A stretch of 62,768 nucleotides of DNA, the filler included, from Catajapyx aquilonaris (lineage: Eukaryota), in assembly GCA_000934665.2 (NCBI GenBank). It is 2 parts of 2 records of this genome, joined end to end, with 100 filler letters (N's around TTAATTAATTAA, not from the genome) between each part and the next. Parts side by side here need not be neighbours in the genome. Positions count along the whole stretch, not along the records: positions 1 to 31,342 come from JYFJ02004540.1; positions 31,443 to 62,768 come from JYFJ02004541.1. One strand, 5' to 3'. This document shows positions 23,001 through 36,593 of this stretch, in pieces. Every line of letters begins with the position of its first letter. Within the stretch, counting starts at the first letter, position 1. The notes under the pieces are model-generated. The model made no database searches, had not been told where the DNA came from, and worked only from the letters and a program-made list of their open reading frames with translations. A program made the translations under genes and the position numbers.

Positions 23001-26000
23001 TGTCCACGGCATTGAAGCACAGCATGAAGAGTATTATTTTCCTCCATTCCGAAACCAAACCCCTTCAGAGTTCCCTCAGAGGCCAATGGTCAATTCACAT
23101 CTGCTCGTCACCCCGGCCCGCACTGTCTATATTAAATTTTTATTAAATTGTCGATATTAAATATTAACAGCAATTCATTTCAGAAAACTACAGTACTTTT
23201 TGTGCACCGGTCCGGCATATCTGGTCCTTAAATAGCCCAACTCTCAAAAGAAATGCACCCTCTCTCTGCATAGCTTTTTAACGCGATGCCAATAATCCTT
23301 TACAGCTCTCACAAGAGGATTTCAGTCGGCTGAATTGATCGTTCCATGCAACAGTATACAACAGTAATCTCATATTCGAGAGAGGGAGAAGGGAGGTTCG
23401 GTTCAGGCAGCTTATATTGCATGTAAGTTTTCCTATTCACGTTTCACGTCCATCGGTCTAGGACGGAACTCTCATCACAGTGCTAATTAAAAAGCATTGG
23501 ATACGTATTTACTCGGAGTCGGATCATGTTTGCACCAGGATTTTTTACTAGGGGTCAGATCCTACTACTGCAAAAAATAAAAGGCTCGATAATGCATATA
23601 TAGTTGTCAGGTACTTCGGGATTAGTAGTGTAAGCCTGGATAGCATTCCGGTGTCCCTTTTTCACAAGGGGGTTACAGATGTTGCCTGTGGCTGCCCAGT
23701 AAATCCTGCATAACATGCTGCTAATTGTAATGTTTTGCATGTGCGTCACAAATTTTGCTAAACTTTCACCCAAATAAGGAATACTGAACTAAAAGTGCAG
23801 GCCGTAGCTCTAGGAATTCAAATGTCAGGAGTTAATCCTTATCCAGAAAGAGAGTCCGTCATTGCTAACATATCTGGCATGTCCAAAAGAGAGTGGCAAA
23901 AAATGCAGATTGATGCGTCGGAGATTTACTTACAGTGCGCAATATTTTCAACTGGTATTTATAAAAAACCTCGCATATTCTCTACTTTTCGCATTTCACT
24001 TCATCGTATCTGAAAATGAAAATAACGTTCATGACACATTACTAACGTGCCACTTGCAACACATGTGGATCTCCGCCTCTCAAATTTTATATTAAATGTG
24101 ATATTTATTTAAAGTTATGTTACAATGTTACATATGCGTGAAACTTTCCACCTGAAGTGCATAGAGAATACGAAATATAAATCCTTTCTATTGTTTCACA
24201 TTAGGGCTGTCTCGCATGTTTAAACCATTAATCGTACTATGGTCACATACCGAGTAATATCATAATGCTTCCATTACCAGCCATTGTGAATCGCGGGACC
24301 AAAAACGTACATAAAAATCAAAGTTACTCCAACCTTCTGACATAATTCGCAAGAGAAGCGCATATATCACCGATGCCCTATTGTACTACATATTTTTTGC
24401 CCCAACACAATCCTCTCACATATGCCCTTTTACGTAACAGCACACGTTCGGTAATAATTGTCAACGTTGACATATAGAGTGCGTGAGCTTATTCCATATT
24501 CGTGCCCAGGTCCCCCTGAATGAGACCCAGCCTCCTCCGCAAATCCAATTTCCCGAGTCGACATTATGTCTCGGAGTTTGGTGCGACAGACGGAATTTCA
24601 CCTTCGATGTCAGTAAAAGCAGGCTTCCAGAAATAAAGAAAAATACCAAGAACGATTGCTTCATCCCCCCCTTGCATTCCTTTAGGCGGAACAACTACAA
24701 CAAAAAGAAGAGAGATCGTGCTTGCAAATGGCTCCTGGGAACCAATAGACTCCGGATTGATGCTGTAAGGTGGAAGGAAAGTTTCACTTTGACGAGAATG
24801 CTTTGCTGGATTTGCTCTCTCGTTTCCTCTAATCATTTTTTATGGTCGGTTGGAACCAACTCGAGATCGCTCCCCAGGAGAATAATTGCTGTCACGGAAT
24901 GGTTAAATTTGGTGCGATACACGCGCTGCTTTAAGACTGTGGTTCTGGATCCGGCCACAAAATCGGGTTGCTATTTTATTGCAGTGTGGTAAAACTGCGA
25001 CGTCGCCTAGACTAACTTTCCACCTTTGCCCAAAACATTCGCAGACTGAAAGAGTAAAAATACAAGCTGATAAACTGCTGGGTGCATTTATGTAGAAGAC
25101 CTACAGTATAGTTATATGCAGATTACACAACAGTATGTTCAAAGAAACATTTCAATTTTGTATAGGTTACATATATAAGCGGTACAATATCGCTTTACAG
25201 TTAACCATTAAAAAGATGGTGAGTCTTTATTCACGCTAAATCGGATATGTCTCAATGGCTCACAATTTTCCTCGTGGGTACGGAACGTGAAAACCTTGCA
25301 GATACTAATCTTCTTTTGCCTTCAACTGCATAGGATCGCTTTTAGTGCCATCGTCTGTAAAGTGATGAAGACACTACTTTTGCTCTAAGAAACTTCCCAG
25401 TGGTGCATGTAAGCTACAATTTCTCAAGGGCATGCACGGTGCTCTTGGGTTGTCCCGAATTCTCCGCATCACGTAGTTTCGCTTAATCTTCAGCCACTTC
25501 TATTATCTCTAAGTTGCGCCTAAGAACCCACTTGTAATATCAAACATAAACTTTCTTAGGTGGTTAAGTCCTTCTGTTATACAGTGAGTACTATTAACTA
25601 AGTTATTATTCAAAGTTAGTTATGCTACACACAATTATTCATCCTTGACTTTCAAAGTCTTACGGAATCACTAAATTATTCTTAATGCTCAAAACTAAAG
25701 TGTCGGAATTAAGAATCAAAACTTTTATAATTACGTAACGCCAAAATTATTATTTAAAACTCTTTTTATAAACATTATAAAGTTAAATTTTTTCAGTTGA
25801 CACAAGTCCAGTTAGTGCCATTGTCAACTGAAGGACAGCAGTTATCAGACCTGTCTTGTAAAATTTATATACGATCCTCATTGCAGGCCAGCCTGTCTCA
25901 AACACTACACAAAATAGGCTAATTTTGTGTCTTAACTTTGCATCAAAATGCCAATTCAGTTACATAACTCAATGCCATAATTGTCATCTTACAAATTTTT

Positions 26001-29000
26001 TTACATCCAACATTATCACAGGTATAACAACCTAATTAGTCGGTCAGGTGAAAACTAATTTTAGCGGCGCAACATGTCCTAAGCCACTTTTATGGCTTAG
26101 GTGTTTTGTCAATAGACTTCACGCCTTCATATTACCCTTTACGAAGATGTCTACAGTATGCGGCACCCCACGGTTCCTTTTTCAATTATCTGGAAGTTAC
26201 AACCCATCTATGCAGCCACCAGTGGCAGCCATGACTCCCCTTAGGGTTTATAGAAAGACAGGTGACACCCACAGGAAAAGGCATCACGAAGGGCGCGTTT
26301 TATAGCACACATCAAAGAGGGGGGGGGGGGNGGCGCATTGTGGAAACAAAAACCAGGCCGATGTTCAGTTATGGCAATAAGTCAAAGCGTGCCTGACTCG
26401 TGTCGGAAGGGCAGAACTCAATATGGTGATGCATGTCAAAAATATGGGTACTTCATGACAGATGCTGATGCTTGTCACCCGCTTTTTTGCCTCCTTATCT
26501 GGAGCGATCATCGTTCTTGAGAAGCTGATTCAAGAGGGTGGAGCTTCCCGTGCTGGAAAAGACTCGAGAAATACGACATGCATAAAATGACCATAGGCTG
26601 CCACGCACATATTCTTAAAGAGGTAGCAGGAGGTGACACACAGGGTGAGTTATTAAATCCTTAAGTTATGCAAAGTTATCTCTCATAAAATTCGCGACAT
26701 TCGGCCAAATTTTGCAATTATTCCAGTTTCAGCTATATAACCGTCAATATTTCAGTGATTTTTCCTCATAACTTGACCATGGGTGAGTGCCAGGATGGCA
26801 CATCTTTCGAGCGTCCCTTTTCCTTAGACATCAAGCATTTTACGCGGGTATTGGCTGCGGTAAAACTCTTCACTTATGACCATTCCTAGGAGTCAAAAAG
26901 ACCCTTTCACTTGAAAACACGCCATTTTGTAGCCCTCTAGGGGCAACCTTCCATGGATCCTAGATTCTGAATCACTTCGGACAGAAAGTCAAGAGACATG
27001 CCCCTGGCCCATCCCTGACAGCCATGGAATAAAATTGGACGCAAGAGTGAATGCAGGAAGCCCACTCTCGAAGCTTGCCCCCCCCCCCCCCTGNTTGTTT
27101 GGAGGTCCTGGTGTTCCGGGACGCTCATCCACGTGACACACGCTAACAGCCATGCAACGGCAGTCCCTCTTGTGTCCAGGGGTTTTATTGGAAAAGAATT
27201 ATTGTGCCCGTAGCTTGTCATCCGCTCCCTCCTCCCTGCTCCTACCCTGCCTCTCTCATCAAATGTGATGCTAATCGGAGCTCCCGGAGAGTCCATTTGC
27301 AGCCTGGATGTTAACAAGGGAGAGATAGAAAAAAAATAGGAGAGAGGAAAGTGAGATAGGGAAGAAGAACAGCACTATGCATTAGTCGCATTAGGCACGT
27401 GCCTTGGGGTGTCATGGTGACCCTCGTTGGGGGGGTGGTTATAAATATTTCAGGTCCGCTAGCGAATGTGCCTATCCTGTGCCTCATTTGGTGGTCGGGA
27501 AGCATATTCCTTGGGCGCTCTATTGTGTAACTATTTATTTGACCATATTGGGGTACTTATTACGGGAAATAACTTGAAGCCTAATGATGATGATGATGAC
27601 GAGCAAATACTACATAAATTAGTTCTGCTGTTAACATGTTGTGCTACCGTTGTGTATAATCACAACAAATTATTTAATGGTCATGAATAACCACGAATGT
27701 ACCTCCCTCAGGCCCTCTCAGAGCTTAAAAATATTGCCTACAGTGTTTTGACATTTTAATGGCGTTTTAGCAGTAATTTGTGCTAAAGTCTTGATGAATA
27801 ATTATGACAGGCAATGTGTGTATAATAATAAAATTGAAAGGCAATACTTGTCTCCAATAGACAGTTCAAAAATTCATGCCAGTGAAGCTCTTTGACCTAC
27901 ACTATACAAGAGGTGTCACTCGCTCTTCACACACCGTGCAATATAATAAATTAATTTGCCCCAGAGTTTCCCAGAGCCGAAAGTGTCTCATTAGCACGGT
28001 ACATAGTAAATCCTAATAGTTTCAAATAATATGATGTAAACCTATCATATTAAAGTTTTAAAATACTACCATGGCATTATATTGGTTAATCGAAAAATAC
28101 ATAGTAGTCTAACTTTTAAAGTACAAGTAATAGCTTAATCATATAGCGTCGCCTTATCGAGTCACTATTACCTTGCTGCAGTAGTTTCCATAGCTTTCAT
28201 ATTACACAAATTCGTGCGATAAAGTCTTTCATAGCGTTGCAAGTTGATTGTTTTCTTATGATGCAAACTTTCCGAGGCAAAGTACCTATGATTTTCCGAA
28301 GTTTGTAGCAGTGTCCCTATACCGCAAAATCCGAGACCTTTACATTATGGATTATGCTTTTGCCAACATCGGATATCACCATGGTGCTTAAACTTGCCTT
28401 ACAGCTTCATTTCCTCCAGAAGATGAACACTACCGAACATCTGGCACGATTACGAATTAAGATTGAGAGCCATTGCGTCCTTCAATAAGGTCATTTAAAG
28501 TACAGGGTTACCTAAAATGCCAGACAAAGGGGTTTATATGTCTACTTTTGTCGACCAAATTACAGTGGCATTTCTATAGGTTCACAAACCTTTAGGCCTG
28601 CAGGTACTCGCTTTCCCACTGGCAAAATATAATTCTAACTGAAATTGAAACTTTCTTCAAGTTAGTTGCTGCAGCCCTACACTGACGTTGCCAATAACGG
28701 CTAACGCAATTCTTCGGGTCATTTAAGGTCGGTTCCCCTTGTTCCTTTCATAAAACCCTACACGAATCAATCAGGATCAACGTCCGGTGATTGTGATTTT
28801 TGCTAACACAATATTACTAAAACTTTTCTTATGAGTTTATACAATGGCACAAACCTCGTTTCAGTCCACCCACGTTAGAATCTTGTTCCGATAATTGTTG
28901 GAAACCTTATATTGCAGTTCGGTGCCAGTTTCAAAGGGAAACAGAGGCCATAATCAGACTGTTCCCTTTCTCTGCCTGAACAAAATTAAGAAAATAGAAT

Positions 29001-31342
29001 GGAAGTACCCATTAAATCGAGGATGCTGGCACGTAGGCGACATGCAAAGTAATTACGAAGGTGCATCCTTTTGAAGTCAGATTCGTCACGGAAATTATCT
29101 TTTCCTTTTCACAAAATATTGACTCTAATTTTCTAATGAGCAATATGCGTTTTATCTCTGACTAAAGTGGCCAGTGATGCGGAACCTGCAATACCTGGGT
29201 CGAGTTGTACCAGTCTACGGGGTCGTCTGGCGTAAACTCGTAGTTCAAGATTCAATCTGACAAGCAGCCGTTTAAGCGCTGACGTTAAGCGCTTGTTTTC
29301 AATTGATCGTGTGAACTCTTTCAGTAAAGGAAAATCTGAAAAGGGGAACCCCCGCTTGGGACAGAAATAGAATGTTTTCTTTCTTTGCTGTTATTCCTTC
29401 TCCCTTTGTTGTGCCCACTACAGAAAAGCTTCCGGATGCATCCCTCTGTTCACGCCACTTTAAGAAAGTACCTTTCGTATTCAAACCCCACGCCTATACA
29501 CAGTGCAAAGGCAGTAGCCACAATACTCAGTGGGAAAACAGCTTTGTTAAATGAGCAAGTGGGATGTAGTTTTAAAATTTTGAAAATTAAATGTCGTGCC
29601 TACACAAGGTTTCTAAGGCTGAGCAAGCCATTTCCTGAACACAAAACTGTAAAAAGACAGTCGTATTACTCTGTATTAACTGAATTGCATAATCCGTTAC
29701 CAGAAATCCTGCCTGGATGATTCGCCACACAGTATTCAGTAGCATATTTCAAAGCCTAGTATAGGCCACTTTTTTCAGTTTTGAGCTGCTAACTTAAACA
29801 ATGTTGAAGGCGCTAATTATTCGCTACAAATTGATAGGATGTGATATAATTAGTAACGTGTACTTTCCTGCAGTGGGGCAACTAAACTGAAAATACTCTT
29901 TCAACCAACATGTCAAGTAACATCACTCTCTCAAGTAACGTGCAGTTAGGAAAATCAATATTTACGGTGCCCAAATGACTAGGAAAAAATCTCGTGTTCA
30001 TTATAAATACACCATATCATCTCATTCGTTTCATTTTCTCTAACACTGATTATGCCTACTTAGAGAAACGCTATTGACAAGATTGAACAGTTCCTCCTGT
30101 CTTTAAAATTTATTAACATTAAGTGATCAAGTAAAGGTAGGAATTTATTGGTGTTATTTTTATATTGTTGTTGTTTAGTGTTGAATAAGATTGGACAGCT
30201 GAAAATTATTTTTATCGAATTTTGCAATAACTTATAAAATAGAGGGGACTCAGACGATGATGTCCTGCAGCATATAGTTACAATGATTGTAATGAGGAGG
30301 AAATGTGAATATGTGCATATATTGCTGAACTTTTTCCAGATTTTTACATTTCAATTAAGGATACTAATAATTCCAACGATGGCACTGTAATCACCCAGCC
30401 AACTCACTACCACTTGTGACAAATCAAACAAAGCAACTCCAACACATGTTCATGTATACTACTGCGGATCATTTCATACTGTATGTAAGTTATATGCCAC
30501 AGAACAATTCCAGAAGAGCTATAATCACTTCTGCCAGCATTTTTCTATGATACTAATAGTCTCTATTTAATATCTTTTCGAACATTTCAAAAATCATTAC
30601 GCTCGAATGATATGAAGTCCCTCCGCCTCTACTAACACAATTATACGATCCTCATACTAGGTTTCTGGTCTCTCAACGATTGAAGGACTCTGGTATGGCG
30701 TGTTTGTGGGAGTGACTGCAAACATTGGGTCTGCACCTTTTTGCACCGAGTATAAGTCGAGAGAGTGGACCTGGTTCAGGTGGCTATTGGAGGGTCGGTT
30801 ATGATAAAGACTAACCTTTTCAAGCCTCTGCCTATAGGCACAAATAGACATGCCCGATAGATATTTTCAGTGTCGCAGTGCTTTCTTATCAAGGATTTCA
30901 ATTGCTAAGACCTAAGAGGCCATAATTATAAGAATATCTAAAATAGGCAACTAGTAACTGTACAAGAAATACTGTGCCCAAACTTTTAGTCCAATAGTTC
31001 TACGCCGCATGCAAATGGATGTGGGGGAGTTGAGTGTGGGAAAAGTACCAGTCGTGCTGCGAATGGAATAAAATACTATTTGAGTTGTAACATAAAAATG
31101 TGAGGGGGCCTCTCTCCAACCTCTGTAGAGACCCTTTGAGTTGCAATTTGCATTGAAATGGTAATCTCATCATCAAAGGTAAGTTTGTGTAGCGCAAGAT
31201 TTTTTTTTTCACAACCTACATTACTAGTAAAAGGTTTTCCGACCACGCACAGCACTGTATGTGAATTTCCCACTAATAATAATAATCAGATAAATTTTTC
31301 TGTTGCTCATGCTTCGATGTTTTGACAACATCCCAAAAAATT

Positions 31343-31442
31343 NNNNNNNNNNNNNNNNNNNNNNNNNNNNNNNNNNNNNNNNNNNNTTAATTAATTAANN
31401 NNNNNNNNNNNNNNNNNNNNNNNNNNNNNNNNNNNNNNNNNN
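31343..31442. other. Assembly gap with artificial TTAATTAATTAA linker
   Basis: 44 N, then ttaattaattaa (31387-31398, stop codons in all six frames), then 44 N, giving a 100-bp spacer. True contiguity of the two flanks is not guaranteed. Confidence 0.95.
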
Positions 31443-31859
31443 ATGAAATATGTTAAACTTTTTGTGGGTGCCCCCTGGCAGGGGGGGCCGGGGGCGCTCG
31501 TACCCTGCGCCCCCTATAAATCCGGCACTGCCTCCGACTCCTTTTTATTTACTTTTTGGAAGGGGGCGCCTTTTTGGAAGGGGGGACCTTTTGGAAGGGG
31601 CGCCTTTTTGGGAGGGGGCGCCTTTTTGGAAGGGGGACCTTTTGGAAGGGGCGCCTTTTTGGAAGGGGCGCCTTTTTGGAAGGGGGGACCTTTTGGAAGG
31701 GGCGCCTTTTGGGAAGGGGGCGCCTTTTTGGAAGAGGGCGCCTTTTTTATACGACATTTTTATATTATTTGGAAAGGTCTCATCACGCTTCTTTCGCGCC
31801 CCACACGCATCTGCGCCCTGTGCGGTAGCACTGGTCGCACACCCCTAGCGCCGGCCCTG
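31443..31859. mobile_element. Two right ends of GC-rich hAT-like non-autonomous elements (probably nested), cut by the gap
   Basis: Ends ...gcgccccctataaatccggcactg (31530) and ...cgcacacccctagcgccggccctg (31859). Their reverse complements CAGTGCCGGATTT and CAGGGCCGGCGCTAG resemble common hAT-type MITE termini. Left ends and TSDs are not visible. Confidence 0.55.
31554..31747 (+). repeat. G-rich minisatellite of 16-18-bp units
   Basis: About 11 units of (t)ttttggaagggggcgcc interspersed with ttttggaagggggacc variants. This explains the repetitive ORFs at 31443-31901, 31450-31848, 31545-31757 and 31556-31828. Confidence 0.9.
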
Positions 31860-34800
31860 CCTGCCGCTATAGATGGAGCAGGCAGCGTTTATGGCAAATG
31901 ATAATTATGTGCACTCTATAGATCATTTTATGGAACACCCTGTGTAATTATGACTGATTCTTCCCCACATGCTACCCATTTCCAGAAGTCCGGGTCTTCC
32001 TCATTCCCCTCCCTGATTTTGGTCGTCCCCTCCGGAGATATCCAGCAGATTGAAACGAACCCTGCAGCCGTTGAACCGAGCGGAACTTTCATTTAAATTT
32101 CACACCCGTTGATCATTCTCCTCATTTTGCATCCCTCTACTTCACTTCATATATGGTTCATATGAGCTTCGAAAAATGAGGAATCAAATGACGTGACTTC
32201 CACCCTGAGGGAGTCAGGATAATGGAAATCAGAATTTCGTGATATTTTATGAAAAAGTGCACCGGAAGTGTGGGCTGATTTTACAGGTGTATGACCAATC
32301 ACGACTTAAATTGCCAGGTGTTTGTTTATACGTGTGTAATATTTATAACCTGCTAACTTCCTTTCCGATTGGTTACAGAGGCAACTTCCGGTACACAGCT
32401 GCAGTAATTGTCAACAATTACTTTTTTTAAATAGTGAGAGATTGATAGTTGATATAACTTATTGCAAGTGGCAGCTTAGTAACTTCCGAATACTTCCGGT
32501 TCAATGTGTCAGATGGTCCACATGTTACACCATGGGAAATGGGTCCAGTTCGGCGGCGTCTTTTGATGTCACCAACTTCCATGTGACTCAAGAGGAAGAA
32601 AATTGTGCATTCTTAGGACCCCCCACCAAATGTTTTTTTTTTTGTATAGTCGGCATCTCTTCAAAGAAAACCATGGAAGGTGATTGCTTCCAGATTTTTA
32701 GCAATTCAATCGCGATTTTCGGACCCATGCGTAACCACTCAGGATTTTCGTGCCTTGGGAAAATACCGTACCGTCTGTTCTGAATTCACAGGATGTCCTT
32801 GCTGTTTTCGGTGTCTCCGCCAACTGTTTGCTCACCAGCTACACACAGGAGCTGCTTCTCTTATGCAAACAATTTACCAGGGAGCTTTGAAGATTGCCGC
32901 CTATTTTGCTCGGGGCGTGGAATGGCCAGAATAAGGATGGGGGAGATTTTGGAGAAGGCTTTTCAGAGGGTGATAAGACTGCTGAAGAATAGTTGGAGGA
33001 AATGTACTGAGCGAAATTGGCCAGTCTTTGTACACAATGAACAACAGCGCAATTACGAATAATTGCAAACATTGCAACTAAACAAGAATTTTCTTAATAA
33101 TAAATAACATTCTCTTGCAGTTATTGACCTCTTCCAACATGATGGTCAAATAATCTTCTAGACGGCACATGGTGCCACTCTGGGATTCCTGGGGGCTGGT
33201 TCACGATTGGTGATTTGTGAAGCTTTCCCCTTGTACACAACTGGCAGTCGTTTAGTCCATTAGCGCTGATTAGAGGACTGCCAGGAGGGTCACCTCCCAG
33301 GGGGACCCAGCCGTGGTCAACTGGGGCTGAAAATGTCGAATATTTTCCCCGAACAGGCGGCGAGGCGGCATCTTGATGGCTCCCATCAGCTCCTCCTATT
33401 TCCTTCTCTTCTTCTTGAGTGTTGTCCATGGAAGGGACACCCATGAAGCGGTGACAAGGCCTGTCACTGGGCTACCGGGCTACGCCCTTTGTCTTGCGGC
33501 ACTGCCCTAGCACCATTCAACCTAGAGATGGGCCTCTGACTCTATTCTTCTCTTTTGGTCCTCTGTGGTAGTGCCGCCATCCCTTTGACAACATGGGCCA
33601 TTTGCGACTCATTTGCTGATGCGCGGGTGTGACGCCGCCCTGGTACCCTTGAACGATCCGGATTTTGAGAAAACTCTTTTCTTTAGTGTTCCATCCCACC
33701 TCCCACCGGTCCTTTCCTTGCTTCTTTTCATAGGGAGTGAAGTAAATGGGAGTCAAAAGAAGCGGCTTTTGTGCATGGGTGTGGGCGCTACGGGGTGGAG
33801 ATGGACGGATGGGTGACAGAGACTTTTCTGTTGGCATGCAGATGGTACTAGGGGACTCAAAGATGTTCACTCAAATAACGCCGCAAGTTCAAGAAATTGA
33901 GTTCACACAATGAGGTCCTATAGCCTACATTTTGCAAACCCATGTAAAAAAAACGTCCTTATTTTTAAAATAATGAATCTTGGTGCTTTTTGTTAGACGA
34001 AATAACTTAGTTTTCGAGCTATGATCGATCTAAGATCATAATAATTATACGGTATCGTGTTTCCCTCTGACGTCACTAACTAAGATCAAAGCAAAAGAGC
34101 GGTGCAGAGTCAGATGCTTTGTTCCTTTGTTGCCTAACGACGGAATCGAACGGTCGCCAGGCAACGGCCTGCTGACGTCACTGTTGTCCGAGGCCACGCC
34201 CTCGTTTTTCCCGCCAATTTGCGAGTGACTTTAAAACCCCAGATAATTTATCGAGGAATGACATTTTGGTGCCGAAAAGTGGTGGAATGCATGTTTGTAT
34301 GTATGGTTGAGCTATTCGTGTATACAAATTACCCAAATCCCAGGCCAAGGCTAGGACCCCAGTACATTCCTTACATTGTATCATTGGCGTTCCAGTGACC
34401 AGCTATTTGAAATCAGTCCGCAGAAAATTCTTCAGTGACAAAAGCACCGCCGGTATCTCCCTCCAAAAACACAAGGACTTTCTCATGGAAAAACCGGAGT
34501 ACAACGGGTTGTAAATGTCTCAAAACCCCCTACTTTTTGTCAATTTCGTGGCTCCAAAGGTTTTCCACTTGAAGAAAAAAAATTCCCCGTTCTCTCCTAA
34601 TAGTAGGCCTCCGCCATTTTAACCGCTTTCCATCCATCTTTGGAATGACACTAGCTGCTCGTTCCGGGGTCATCACCGGAGTCTCCTTAACCGTAAATGC
34701 ATTGTGAACCCAAAAGTCGATTCGCTTCGTTAATGCCCATTCGTTTTTCCCTCCCAAAAAGGGAGCAGTGACTGGGGACGCCAAGGGGTTATTAAGAACC

Positions 34801-35407
34801 GCGATTGGAATCGTTAGGAAAAGACAAATGATTTCTTAATCCTTCCACGTAAAGCACCCGAAATTGAAGGGTTTTGTTGCTTTTGGCGGCGAAAAGCAAA
34901 AGCCCGCTTTTCTAGGACCATTGATTATCTATTATTTTCACTCCAAATTGCTCTCTGGTCACTGCTGGAACAATGGAGGCTCCAAAGGATTTCAGGGCGG
35001 TATTTAATTGTTATGCGGGCAGCAATCAAGAGCAGGGACCTTTCGCGAAGGACTGAATTTGGGAAGTGCCTCGGGAGAACATTACCGCGGAAACTGGCCG
35101 CATAAAACCCAGGTTTTAAATCAATGGGGGAGGGTTTTAACGGCCATATCTGGAGAGGCTATTTAATAAACAATGCCTTTTCGGAGGACACTGCCTGAAG
35201 TCCATAACGAACTGGGCCCATTAAAATATTTTTGTGCCATTACCAACCCCTAGGGTGTGTATGCGGCAGGTGATCAAAGTGAACCGTGTAATAACATTCG
35301 CCAAAATGTATAGTGTATGTTGCAACAATAATTGTACAACGTTTCTACAAAATTTTAACGCTAACAAGCGTGATTCGAGTTGCTTATTCAATGTGATTTA
35401 CTGGAAA

Positions 35408-35517
35408 ACCGGAAGTGGCCGGTCACCGAAAGTTGACCATGTCACGCTGAATCTGAATTCGAAAACAGTTAGTTGCTATTGACACTTGTTCACGGACCGA
35501 CGGACGGACGGACATTT
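35408..35517. repeat. Possible DINE-1/Helentron-associated (HINE-like) fragment
   Basis: accggaagt motif followed by a short (GGAC)n tract, cacggaccgacggacggacggacattt. Termini were not identified. Confidence 0.3.
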
Positions 35518-36593
35518 AAAAAAAAAAAATAATAGACAAGTATTTGATGTACCTCCATTTTAAGGTAGAATAGACAAGTGTAGCAGCAATGGCTACGTCG
35601 TTTGTCAATTAAAAATTGTTTTGCATGTCTTATGAAACCACAATAATTGATATCCGCATTTCATTTGGCTGCAATTATGGTTCATTTATGATACAAAACC
35701 TGCATTGTTATAACCGGTTATTGTTCCTATCCCAGCATGTCCCACCGATGCCTTTGTGTCATCGGCGGGCATTAAAAACCGATTGCGGGAACTTGCATTG
35801 TTGCCGTGCGAACGACCCTCGCCCACAAACCCCATCGCGGTTTCGATGAAAGGACAGGAAAGGGGCAGTTGATCCCAGCTTGACCTTCCAGCTTGGGAAG
35901 GGGTCACAAGGCATACGTGATAGAATTAAACATTTTTCTGTAGCCTCTAATAAAAAATAGAAGGGGGTGCGCGTCATCCTCGATGGTCCTCTAAGATATA
36001 AGAATGGAGAGAGCGCGCCCCAAAAAAGGCCGCCAAAGAGGACACCCTGTAGAGACAGACTTCATAGATGTCACCGCCCCTGCTGATCCTACCTCTAGCT
36101 CCAGATTGATGATTGGACCAGCTGGGGCTCTGCAAACGGACCATTGTTTTGACCCCCAAAGTTTGGGCGCATTCGAACGCCCGTTTTTTCCCCTTTGTTT
36201 TCGCTTTAAAAAGGGCGGGAAAAAATTCTAGATAATTTTGCGACCTGTGTCCCAAGAGGGGGACACACAAAAAGGACAGGAAAAATGCCACCTTCCACTC
36301 ATCCTTCTTCCCCCTGTCACTTTGGCCGACATTCCCCCAGCTCTCAGATAAGGACACAACTGTCTCCATATTTGATAAACGAGGCTCATTATAAAAGAGG
36401 CGGCACCGCCGAACCTCATCATTCTTGGACCCCCGAAGGCACATTTTCAAAAAAAGGACAAACAGAAAAGAGCATAGTCCACCATTCTATTGTTGAAGCT
36501 GGATTTAGCGGTTACATTGTTGGGGGTTGCCGCGGAACATATGTCAACAATCATGGTTGGGATTTGGGAGGGAATATTCATGTCAGGATCAAG

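Noticed and set aside
25455..25500. Minimal hammerhead ribozyme on the minus strand (ctgaaga-ttaagc-gaaac)
   Set aside because: The cleavage triplet would be GUG, not NUH, and stem I cannot pair.
31387..31398. TTAATTAATTAA palindrome
   Set aside because: It is an artificial six-frame-stop linker in the middle of an N gap.
31443..31901. Repetitive Gly/Phe-rich ORFs up to 152 aa
   Set aside because: They are translations of a stop-free minisatellite, open in several frames and on both strands.
36040..36065. Resemblance to miR-993-3p on the minus strand (gaagtctgtctctacagg)
   Set aside because: Seed mismatches and no complementary 5p arm to form a precursor.
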